DNA of 54,467 nucleotides from a virus. Location of the stretch: IMG/VR virus record IMGVR_UViG_3300045988_123643, one strand, 5' to 3'. The notes beneath the pieces are model-generated. The model saw nothing but the letters and a program-made list of their open reading frames with translations, searched no databases and was not told the DNA's origin. Positions 1 to 7,179 of this stretch are shown in pieces. The translations under genes were made by a program, and so were the position numbers. Every line of letters begins with the position of its first letter. The stretch's first letter is position 1.

Positions 1-119
1 CTTGAATCGGTCTGAATTGATAGAAAATTGTCTTATTTTCCCTTAAATGGATGAAAATAGAGATATAATTAAAAAAACAGTTCAAAGATATTTCAAAGAA
101 TTACCCTCTTTATTTGCCC
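1..119. repeat. Terminal direct repeat, copy 1 (identical to 54349..54467)
   Basis: Base-for-base identity of CTTGAATCGGTCTGAATTGATAG...CTCTTTATTTGCCC at both ends of the window. Confidence 0.95.
81..100 (+). promoter_or_regulatory. Candidate integrase arm-type site: TTCAAAGATATTTCAAAGAA (tandem TTCAAAGA)
   Basis: 19/20 identical to 326..345 in the same orientation, on the opposite side of the tRNA-Pro fragment. Also present at 54429..54448 inside the end overlap. Confidence 0.4.
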
Positions 120-176
120 CAAAACGAGGTCTAATTACACCTATTTACACAAACGAAAAAAGCCGATACAAACTGT

Positions 177-196
177 ATCAGCTCAACACTATTCAA
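177..196 (+). promoter_or_regulatory. Copy 1 of a 20-nt intergenic motif ATCAGCTCAACACTATTCAA
   Basis: 19/20 identical to 5625..5644 and near-identical to 52995..53013. All three copies are intergenic and in the same orientation. Confidence 0.55.
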
Positions 197-219
197 TTTT
201 TCTTGACTTTGTTTTTTCG

Positions 220-266
220 TCGGGGTAGCGGGATTCGAACCCACGACCCCCTGCTCCCAAAGCAGA
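220..266 (-). other. attP core candidate: 3' 47 nt of a tRNA-Pro(UGG) gene, with no 5' half
   Basis: The reverse complement reads TCTGC-TTTGGGA-GCAGG GGGTC GTGGG-TTCGAAT-CCCGC TACCCCG A. That is an anticodon arm with UGG, a variable loop, a T arm, the 3' acceptor strand and the discriminator. Sequence at 267..300 has no D arm and no matching 5' acceptor strand. Confidence 0.7.
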
Positions 267-325
267 TTGTTTTAGAAGGATATTCAGCTACAAATCAATT
301 AATTATAATGATGTGAGCTAACCTA

Positions 326-345
326 TTCAAAGATAGTTCAAAGAA
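326..345 (+). promoter_or_regulatory. Candidate integrase arm-type site: TTCAAAGATAGTTCAAAGAA
   Basis: Second copy of the 20-bp double TTCAAAGA repeat, about 60 bp from the tRNA fragment. Confidence 0.4.
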
Positions 346-347
346 CG

Positions 348-485
348 CTATTTTGAGGGCTTTATTTTAGCCTTTTCTAACTCATAATTTAATAAAGCAA
401 TTTCTTGCTTTTGAGCACTTTTTTCCTGTAGTACTTTTCGAAGTTGTTGCCGGAGCAAAGTTATTATTTTGTCTTTTTCTTCCAT
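348..485 (-). CDS. Possible 45-aa coiled-coil ORF (MEEKDKIITLLRQQLRKVLQEK...)
   Basis: Hand-translated ATG..TAG frame, below the ORF-track size cutoff. No recognisable motif. Confidence 0.2.
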   Translation of the reverse strand: MEEKDKIITLLRQQLRKVLQEKSAQKQEIALLNYELEKAKIKPSK

Positions 486-523
486 ACCTTATATCTCTTA
501 CATTACTACTTTCAAATATGTAC

Positions 524-1012
524 TTATGGGAAAACTATAACTTGAACAGATGAATTCTCTTCGCAAAAATCATCACTCCATGTAAACCGTACATTATATT
601 GCTCTTTATAAGAATCGTTCCGATATGAAATATCTACATGTTGTGTAGGCAATAGTTTCGCATAAGGAAAGAAATCATCTTCAACAAAGAAAAAAACTTC
701 TTCATTATCAATTATTTCTATATTTATATTCCTAGCATCAGACAATCCCATATTTTTCATCCTCAATCGCCGAGCTTTTCCTTTCTCTATAGGGTCTAAA
801 ATTTCGCAAATGATGCAAGCTTTCTTTTTATTTCTTTCTTGCTCTTCATTTTCTTTGATGATATAATCATTAATTTGGGATTGTTGATCATTGATTGTTT
901 TTTGCTGCCTGTTTAGCCTTCTTGTATGATTGACATATACATATAAACTAAACAAAAAACTAAATCCCATAATGAGCCATTCAATCCAATCTTTTGTAGA
1001 AACATTATTCAT
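524..1012 (-). CDS. Hypothetical membrane-anchored protein (N-terminal TM helix, KE/Q-rich linker, C-terminal domain)
   Basis: 162-aa ORF. The hydrophobic stretch WIEWLIMGFSFLFSLYVYV lies near the N-terminus. Last gene of the attP-proximal minus-strand string. Confidence 0.5.
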   Translation of the reverse strand: MNNVSTKDWIEWLIMGFSFLFSLYVYVNHTRRLNRQQKTINDQQSQINDYIIKENEEQERNKKKACIICEILDPIEKGKARRLRMKNMGLSDARNINIEIIDNEEVFFFVEDDFFPYAKLLPTQHVDISYRNDSYKEQYNVRFTWSDDFCEENSSVQVIVFP

Positions 1013-1221
1013 TGTCTATATTTTAATAGAAAACATGGAAAATATTTATTTGGCATCTCTTATCGTCCTGATTATTGTTCTATTGTTTGCAGGCATTGCT
1101 TACGCTATAGTATATATATTGAACGAATTGTATGAGACTGCAAGTAGTCTATTGAAGAAAAGAATTATCGCCACCATATCAATTATATTGCTATTAAGTT
1201 TTTTGTATTTTTTACCTATAT

Positions 1222-1479
1222 TCATCTCTCATTTTTAAGCATTTGCTTAAACTTAGTCACCTTATCCGCATTCGTGTCATCGAAAGATAATATTTTATCA
1301 ATAATACATGAATTATCTAAATCTTCATGAGAACTTGGAAGCCATCTACATAGAAAAATATCTATGTCATTGCTAGATTGCCAATATATAACGTAGTTTC
1401 CACTAGGTAATCTTTTATAAAATAAATCACCATATTTCTGCGAAATGCCATAAGCTGCAAGATAAACTATTGGTGGCAT
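1222..1479 (-). CDS. Hypothetical 85-aa protein, tightly coupled to the upstream DUF4062-like gene
   Basis: The start lies 1 nt after the stop of 1481..2581 on the same strand. Confidence 0.5.
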   Translation of the reverse strand: MPPIVYLAAYGISQKYGDLFYKRLPSGNYVIYWQSSNDIDIFLCRWLPSSHEDLDNSCIIDKILSFDDTNADKVTKFKQMLKNER

Positions 1480-1480
1480 A

Positions 1481-2581
1481 TTAAAAAGGTAATCCAGTTA
1501 TAGCTTCTAAACTTCCGTCTAAAATAATTTTATTAAACTCTTCATTCATGGATTGGTTATCTTTAATAATAGGATAAATATTATCTAAATATTTGGAAAT
1601 TATATTTTGCATCTCGATCATATTAATCATATTAATCAATCTTTCATTGTCATTTTTCTTTGCGATTATATCATGTAGCTCATTCATTAAATCCCAATAC
1701 GGTTCAGAGTATTTATCTATGTGGGTCAATTTACTAATATAATAATCATCAAATAAAACAGAAGTAAATTTCTTGACAATATTCTCGCAATCTTCATTTC
1801 TTAAAGATTCTTGCTTTACAAAAGAAATATTATCATAAAAATAATCTTTAAAGAATTTGAAGATTATTATGTTCTGATTATAAATAACTTTTGTGTAATC
1901 ACCTGAATCTTGAAGAATATTTCTGCCTATGGCAGATAGCATTTCATTCATTCGTTGAGACACATTTTCTAATGACGAAATGGCATCAAGCATTTCATCA
2001 TCTTTTCTTTTTCTCTGTAACTGTTGAAGATATAAAAACAGCATACCTGATATTTGATTCTCCATATAATTCTCAATCTCTTCAACATGATCAAATGTCT
2101 TAATTGCAGTAGTGGGTTCTAAGATACTTATGAATTTGAAAATATTAATGTCGTCAACATGGGCAAAATTAAATACTATTTTATCCTCAAATATCTTCTT
2201 ATTCTTCTTATATGTCTGATATTCTGCATAAACATTCTTATCAATAAACACGAAGGAGGGTATTCCGGCCATAGTAGCAGTCTCATGCTCCTTTCTCGTT
2301 ATTGAAACATATTGTTCATAAAGCTCTTTTTTGTCTTGAGAGACTTGCTCTCCTGATGCAGCACTTCCATACCGCCCACCAACAATAAGCACCATCATTT
2401 GGCAAGTCTTGACTTCGTTATAACATGACAGGTCTAATGGTTTATTGAATTCGAAAGTAACATTATCATTTTCAAATAGAACAGGTTCCATTCCAAAGTT
2501 GGCTAGAAAACGTTCTATTCGCTCTCTTACATGCTTTAGGTCATAGTATGTTGAACTTAAAAAGACTCTAGGTTTTGCCAT
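1481..2581 (-). CDS. DUF4062-like protein (TIR/Rossmann-like N-terminal domain plus about 270-aa helical C-terminal region), candidate defence protein
   Basis: The N-terminus reads KPRVFLSSTYYDLKHVRERIERFL...CQMMVLIVGGRYGS...TRKEHETATMAGIPSFVFIDKNV, which follows the DUF4062 consensus as I recall it. No Walker A (GxxxxGK[ST]) anywhere in the protein. Confidence 0.6.
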   Translation of the reverse strand: MAKPRVFLSSTYYDLKHVRERIERFLANFGMEPVLFENDNVTFEFNKPLDLSCYNEVKTCQMMVLIVGGRYGSAASGEQVSQDKKELYEQYVSITRKEHETATMAGIPSFVFIDKNVYAEYQTYKKNKKIFEDKIVFNFAHVDDINIFKFISILEPTTAIKTFDHVEEIENYMENQISGMLFLYLQQLQRKRKDDEMLDAISSLENVSQRMNEMLSAIGRNILQDSGDYTKVIYNQNIIIFKFFKDYFYDNISFVKQESLRNEDCENIVKKFTSVLFDDYYISKLTHIDKYSEPYWDLMNELHDIIAKKNDNERLINMINMIEMQNIISKYLDNIYPIIKDNQSMNEEFNKIILDGSLEAITGLPF

Positions 2582-2601
2582 AATATTTGTGTTTTGAGTT
2601 T

Positions 2602-2784
2602 TTATTTATCTTCTTTCTTCACTCGCTTAGGATTATATGTCCTTTTTTCCTGTAGGTCATCTCGTTTAATCACGTATCCACCATTTTCATCCATTTCCTC
2701 AAAGGTTCCTTTATGTGGTTCCGCATTAGGATATATTCGCTCAACTTGAACACGATCACCTTTTTTTAATATTTCTTTTCCCAT
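2602..2784 (-). CDS. Hypothetical 60-aa basic protein
   Basis: The ORF ends 20 nt upstream of the DUF4062-like start on the same strand. Confidence 0.45.
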   Translation of the reverse strand: MGKEILKKGDRVQVERIYPNAEPHKGTFEEMDENGGYVIKRDDLQEKRTYNPKRVKKEDK

Positions 2785-2834
2785 ATATTATTTTTTTAGT
2801 TACACAATCAACTAACTAGACTCCTGAACTCAGC

Positions 2835-3443
2835 TTATATTTTTGATAGTGCTTCTTTTAGATATGAAGTATCTGTCAGTGAGAATTTATAATTGCTTAA
2901 CGTACTCGAACTTGAAGATTCTGCAATAAATTTAGCTTCTCCTTCTTTTTGTAAAAAAGTCATTAGCGCTTCAAAATACTCTTCTTCTACAAAGTTGCTC
3001 CCGTTTTCTGCGTTATAGGTTTTGAATTCTAAAGTTTCGCCATCAAACCTCTTGGCTTTAAATTTAAAAAATCCTTCACCTTTAATTGGGTGATTTCGAT
3101 TGTATTCATATAGTTGTATTCTCATACCTGATTTGTCGATAATAAATTGAACGCCTAATTCTGAATTTGTGGTTGCTGAGTTGCTAAATGTACCTGTACA
3201 AAAGGTACGTATATACCCTTCCTGTGTTTTCTCTCCAAAATCGTCAACATAATGAGATAATTCCCAAATTCCAAATATGTTATTTTTTTCATCTATTGTC
3301 TTCAGTTCTCCATATTTTTCTTTATATGTAGATAACTCTGCTTTCAAAGAATCTATTTCGTTTGATAGTTTTACTGTTTGCTGTTGATTTGATGTGCAAC
3401 TTGTTAATAATGCAGTCATCGTTAAAAATAAAATCTTTTTCAT
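2835..3443 (-). CDS. Lipoprotein (moron-type, function unknown)
   Basis: Signal peptide plus lipobox MKKILFLTMTALLTSC, followed by a short coiled coil. Confidence 0.7.
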   Translation of the reverse strand: MKKILFLTMTALLTSCTSNQQQTVKLSNEIDSLKAELSTYKEKYGELKTIDEKNNIFGIWELSHYVDDFGEKTQEGYIRTFCTGTFSNSATTNSELGVQFIIDKSGMRIQLYEYNRNHPIKGEGFFKFKAKRFDGETLEFKTYNAENGSNFVEEEYFEALMTFLQKEGEAKFIAESSSSSTLSNYKFSLTDTSYLKEALSKI

Positions 3444-3537
3444 GATACTAATATTTTATAAGTTGTTTTGTTTTAGTTTATTGAGGCGTTCTTGTCATTC
3501 TATAGTATCCTTTTCATATATTATAAGGAACTATATA

Positions 3538-3951
3538 TTACTTATTCATTAATACATTAATCAATCGTTCCTTTTCCTCGAGAAGTTTATCCTTGCCTTC
3601 AAGACGTTTGTCCTTCTCATTAATAATGTTCTTTAGATATTGAATTTCACGCATTGCTGCTTCTAATTCATCTTGGCATTTAGATACTTCAAGTTTATTA
3701 TGTTCTCCTGAAACGACGGAGTTGCCGTTTCCATTAACTGAAGCAGAGTTGTTTTTATTGCAAATATTAGGATAAAAGAACGATATATCTTGTCCTATGG
3801 CAGTTGCAATGTTTTCAAGTAAACCTGTTTTTATATCATCAACCTTGAGATATGCATTAAAAGTCTGAGGACTTACACCTAATTTCACAGCAATTTCACT
3901 TTGGGTAAAGCCACATCTTTTTAATTTTTCTTTTATTTCTAAACCTGTCAT
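3538..3951 (-). CDS. XRE-family HTH repressor (CI-like) with a C-terminal coiled coil and no S24 peptidase domain
   Basis: HTH motif GFTQSEIAVKLGVSPQTFNAYLK, an N/G/S-rich linker, then a leucine-rich coiled coil. Divergent from the rightward early operon. The ATG at 3951 is preferred over the TTG at 3957. Confidence 0.7.
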   Translation of the reverse strand: MTGLEIKEKLKRCGFTQSEIAVKLGVSPQTFNAYLKVDDIKTGLLENIATAIGQDISFFYPNICNKNNSASVNGNGNSVVSGEHNKLEVSKCQDELEAAMREIQYLKNIINEKDKRLEGKDKLLEEKERLINVLMNK

Positions 3952-4029
3952 AATCAAGATATTATAAATTTATAAAACAAATGGCTGAAAATAATCAGTG
4001 TTTTATTTGATAAAATAAGTATTATGCTT

Positions 4030-4037
4030 TATATTTG
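4030..4037 (+). promoter_or_regulatory. Bacteroidota-type -7 promoter box TATATTTG for the rightward early operon
   Basis: Exact TAnnTTTG match 28 nt upstream of the ATG at 4065, in the repressor-early divergent gap. Confidence 0.4.
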
Positions 4038-4064
4038 CAGCGTAATCATTAAAACATTAAAGTT

Positions 4065-4385
4065 ATGACAACACTTTTATTGACCTCTATCATCCTTGTA
4101 TTCCTCCTTATAATATTAGGAATTACATTTCGGAAACCTATTATTCGTCTAATTCACAATCACCAGGATACTAAACTACGTAAATGGTGTGTACAACAAG
4201 CAACTATTAGTAAAACCTTTGATTCTTACGATCACTATACTGAAACCTATTACGCTTCATCTAACGCAGTAGCAGCTTCAGCCGAGAGGATCTATCTATT
4301 CATCAAAGAGTATATTACTTACTTATCAGATGAAGAGAAAGAAGCCATCTTTCCGGAGAAGTACAAGAAAAAGGATGATTCTTAA
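4065..4385 (+). CDS. Hypothetical protein with an N-terminal TM helix
   Basis: 106-aa ORF. The N-terminus reads TTLLLTSIILVFLLIILGITF. Confidence 0.5.
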   Translation: MTTLLLTSIILVFLLIILGITFRKPIIRLIHNHQDTKLRKWCVQQATISKTFDSYDHYTETYYASSNAVAASAERIYLFIKEYITYLSDEEKEAIFPEKYKKKDDS

Positions 4386-4600
4386 CCTCGTCCTGTCTTA
4401 CGTGTAGACGGTTTTGTTTCAGATGGTAATTTAAGAAGCTTACGACTTAATTCTTCATAAGAGTCTTTGACGTAAATACAATCATCTTTGCTGAATCGGA
4501 TAATAGTGTAATCTTCATCTTTATATAAAGATTGGATAAAATCAATGTTGATAACCTTTTCAATATCATAGGCATCAATCACCTTGATAAAATTTTTCAT
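4382..4600 (-). CDS. Hypothetical 72-aa counter-strand protein ending in KPSTRKTGRG
   Basis: ORF on the opposite strand to its neighbours. The last 10 aa match the last 10 aa of the large terminase at 8/10 positions. Confidence 0.4.
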   Translation of the reverse strand: MKNFIKVIDAYDIEKVINIDFIQSLYKDEDYTIIRFSKDDCIYVKDSYEELSRKLLKLPSETKPSTRKTGRG

Positions 4601-4716
4601 AACAGTTTCATTTAGTAAAGAAACGGAAGCCCTGCATCCGGCCTGAGAAACTTGATTCAGAGCTCCGTGTCTTTCGATTAAACATTTTAAAACGTAATCT
4701 TTAAAACATTACAAAT

Positions 4717-5007
4717 ATGAGCAAAAAAAATGGTTCAGACAATAATATTGTCCCAAATCTCAAAAAATTACCCCTAGCAGAGTATTTTGCAGCCTTACCA
4801 AAGGCAGAACGTCGTCCAGTTATCATATCAGCTCCTAAAGAAGATGTTATTACAGCTATTGTAGAAGCGACACAACGTAATCGTCATACAGTTCGTTGCT
4901 GGATGTATGGATATACCCAACCTAACAGTATGGTTGAAAAAAAGATTGTGGCTGAGATCTTACAATCAGATGTCGCAACCTTATTTCCTGAAAGAAAGGA
5001 GGAATGA
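4717..5007 (+). CDS. Hypothetical early protein, possibly a Cro-like DNA binder
   Basis: 96-aa ORF. Its stop overlaps the next start (ATGA). The HTH-like stretch is weak. Confidence 0.45.
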   Translation: MSKKNGSDNNIVPNLKKLPLAEYFAALPKAERRPVIISAPKEDVITAIVEATQRNRHTVRCWMYGYTQPNSMVEKKIVAEILQSDVATLFPERKEE

Positions 5008-5558
5008 TTATGACTGGAATGGAATTTTATTTCACTCCTAAAGGTGAAGTTATGATTACCGATGAATGTGGTACGCGTCAATTGGAACAGTCAAATCGGG
5101 AGTTTATTTCCGAAATCATAACTCGAATGGGAATATTTTGGCCAGAAGCACTGGAGAAAGCATCATTGGAATATACAGACCGACGATATAATATCCCTTG
5201 GTTTGAATTTTCAATAGTACGTCGTTTTCTTAAATGTAATTTTGGTGAGTTCGATTCAACAATGGATATTGATCAGATGGGAAACTTTCACTTTGAGGAG
5301 GTCAAATGTCCGTTAAAGGGTGAATGCAAATATGAAGGAATAATCTGTAAACCAAAATTTAATAGTACACTGTCGGAACGTGAGTTAAGCGTTATGCGAT
5401 CATTTTATGAAGGGATGGAAGAAAATGCAATAGCAGATAAGTATTGCATTTCATTGGAAACTGTACGTACACATAAACGGAATGCCTTTAGGCGTATAGA
5501 TGTCCATTCCTTGGCAGAGTTCTTTCAGTATGCTAGGAAAAACAATCTATTTCAATAA
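5004..5558 (+). CDS. LuxR/GerE-type HTH transcriptional regulator
   Basis: C-terminal LSERELSVMRSFYEGMEENAIADKYCISLETVRTHKRNAFRRI matches the LuxR-type HTH pattern. Confidence 0.65.
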   Translation: MIMTGMEFYFTPKGEVMITDECGTRQLEQSNREFISEIITRMGIFWPEALEKASLEYTDRRYNIPWFEFSIVRRFLKCNFGEFDSTMDIDQMGNFHFEEVKCPLKGECKYEGIICKPKFNSTLSERELSVMRSFYEGMEENAIADKYCISLETVRTHKRNAFRRIDVHSLAEFFQYARKNNLFQ

Positions 5559-5624
5559 CAAGTAAACTCTAAAATCAATATTAATCAGGCAGCATAGCAT
5601 AGAGATGCAGATGTGTTTCAGTAA

Positions 5625-5644
5625 ATCAGCTCAACACCATTCAA
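5625..5644 (+). promoter_or_regulatory. Copy 2 of the 20-nt intergenic motif ATCAGCTCAACACCATTCAA
   Basis: Lies 33 nt upstream of the ATG at 5678, just after the LuxR-type gene. Confidence 0.55.
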
Positions 5645-5677
5645 AAGTTAAACAAAGAAACAGCCTATTAAGAGATT

Positions 5678-5980
5678 ATGGAAAATTGCTTCGAAATGAT
5701 GGTAGCCCGATGTATTAAAATTGGGACTGTTCAAACGCTAACGATGCTGGGCCTACTCCCCGAAGTAGTAACAATATCCCAAGCGGAAGATATATACGGA
5801 AAACGCCTGATTACAGAATGGCGCGAAAAAGCCTGGATCAAGTTTTATCCGGCAAATAATAAGGAACGAGGGAAATATTATGTGAAGCGTTCAGAACTGG
5901 AAACAGCCAGCGCAATGATGGACCTGCATAATAAAGTACCGGACAACATTATCAAACAACTAATGCAACTAGCCGTATGA
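5678..5980 (+). CDS. Hypothetical protein, possibly an excisionase-like HTH_17 DNA binder
   Basis: VTISQAEDIYGKRLITEWREKAWIKFYP...GKYYVKRSELE resembles the excisionase-family HTH pattern. Weak call. Confidence 0.4.
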   Translation: MENCFEMMVARCIKIGTVQTLTMLGLLPEVVTISQAEDIYGKRLITEWREKAWIKFYPANNKERGKYYVKRSELETASAMMDLHNKVPDNIIKQLMQLAV

Positions 5981-6192
5981 CCTACATACCGAAGTCATCA
6001 GAGATGCTAAAGGCTCTACAGGAAAGCATTGGTAAGCAGCTTGATGCAAGAGAAGAACAGAAAAGGAAATGTAGCTCTGAACCAACTTCTACAGAGGTGG
6101 CACCTTGTAAGATGGATATAACCAAACAACCTACTGCGGAAGACATACTCCTAATGGAAGAGTATAGCCGTGGAGTATACCAAGGAGATTAA
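5977..6192 (+). CDS. Hypothetical 71-aa protein
   Basis: ORF with a 4-nt start/stop overlap with the upstream gene. Confidence 0.45.
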   Translation: MTYIPKSSEMLKALQESIGKQLDAREEQKRKCSSEPTSTEVAPCKMDITKQPTAEDILLMEEYSRGVYQGD

Positions 6193-6216
6193 TAAATAAC
6201 TAATATTTAGATAATT

Positions 6217-7149
6217 ATGAGTAATAGTATTCAAATTAGAGTGGAGGAGCTAAACGCACTTCCAGCAACGAAAATTGTCGAAAACGAGAAAGTGGAACAG
6301 AAGTTCATCGGTATGTATAACGCTATTTGGGGTACAGATATGGGTGAACAGATTTATAATCGCGAGAAGTTTCATTTCAATAAATTATTGACTGAAACGC
6401 CAGCTTTACAGGAATGTACAAAACTGTCCCTCTTTGGTTGTTTCCTTGATATGGCAGTGAATGGTCTTTCTCTTGACCAATCAGGCAGACCGCAGTGCTA
6501 TTTAATTCCTCGTAGTGCTAAAGTGAAAACTGCTAATGGTGATATGTGGGAAAAACGTGCCGGGCTCACGGTTTCAGCTTATGGTGAAGTATATATGCGC
6601 CAGCGTGCCGGACAAGTTCGCTATGTAGATAATCCAGTAGTAGTATTTGAAGGTGACAAATTCCGCCCTATTATCGGAGTAAATGGTGCTAAATCTATAG
6701 AGTACGAAGGAGCTTTCCCTAGAAAGTCAAACAAGCCGGTTGCCGTGTTTATACGTATTGTACGTAATGACGGGTCAGTTGATTACTCTTGGATGATGGA
6801 ATCAGATTGGAAACGTTTATCTACTTTTTCAGCCAAGCAAAACAAAGGAACGGCAAACTCTCTGTATACCTCCAACGGTGGACATATTGATACAGGATTC
6901 CTTGAAAACAAAATGATTAAACACGCTTTCGATGCATACCCCAAAGTACGAACAGGCAATTATACATCTATGGAGACACAACAGGAAGAACCTGTTATTG
7001 ATTACGGGTTAGTAGATGAAGAAAAAATTAATGAACCTGTTCAAACGGTAGATGACATTAATGCTCCTTTCGGAGAAGAAAAGCAATTAGATGCTCCGGA
7101 ACCTGTACAAGTAACAGTGTCTGAAGATGATGCAAACGGAGGCTTCTAA
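6217..7149 (+). CDS. recT: RecT-family single-strand annealing protein
   Basis: CTKLSLFGCFLDMAVNGLSLDQSGRPQCYLIPRS follows the RecT core pattern (xAAxLGLxPxxxxxxYLIPx). Acidic C-terminal tail. An exonuclease gene lies downstream. Confidence 0.6.
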   Translation: MSNSIQIRVEELNALPATKIVENEKVEQKFIGMYNAIWGTDMGEQIYNREKFHFNKLLTETPALQECTKLSLFGCFLDMAVNGLSLDQSGRPQCYLIPRSAKVKTANGDMWEKRAGLTVSAYGEVYMRQRAGQVRYVDNPVVVFEGDKFRPIIGVNGAKSIEYEGAFPRKSNKPVAVFIRIVRNDGSVDYSWMMESDWKRLSTFSAKQNKGTANSLYTSNGGHIDTGFLENKMIKHAFDAYPKVRTGNYTSMETQQEEPVIDYGLVDEEKINEPVQTVDDINAPFGEEKQLDAPEPVQVTVSEDDANGGF

Positions 7150-7179
7150 GTATTTACTAACCAATTTAAGAAAACAATT

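Noticed and set aside
1-119. Interpreting the 119-bp end repeats as attL/attR of an integrated prophage
   Set aside because: The tRNA-derived core candidate (220..266) lies inside the element, is present once, and is only a 3' fragment. There is no complete tRNA or host gene outside the repeats. The ends fit a closed circle better.
47-316. 89-aa plus-strand ORF from the ORF track
   Set aside because: It runs antisense through the tRNA-Pro fragment and the arm-type repeats of the attP region, and partly lies in the end overlap. Its composition looks non-coding. I treated it as spurious.
3962-3975. Perfect 14-bp palindrome TTATAAATTTATAA (and TTATTT-N4-AAATAA at about 4001..4016) as repressor operators
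   Set aside because: They lie in the right place, the repressor/early divergent gap, but consist purely of A and T in a very AT-rich spacer. Chance palindromes of this kind are expected, so I did not call them.
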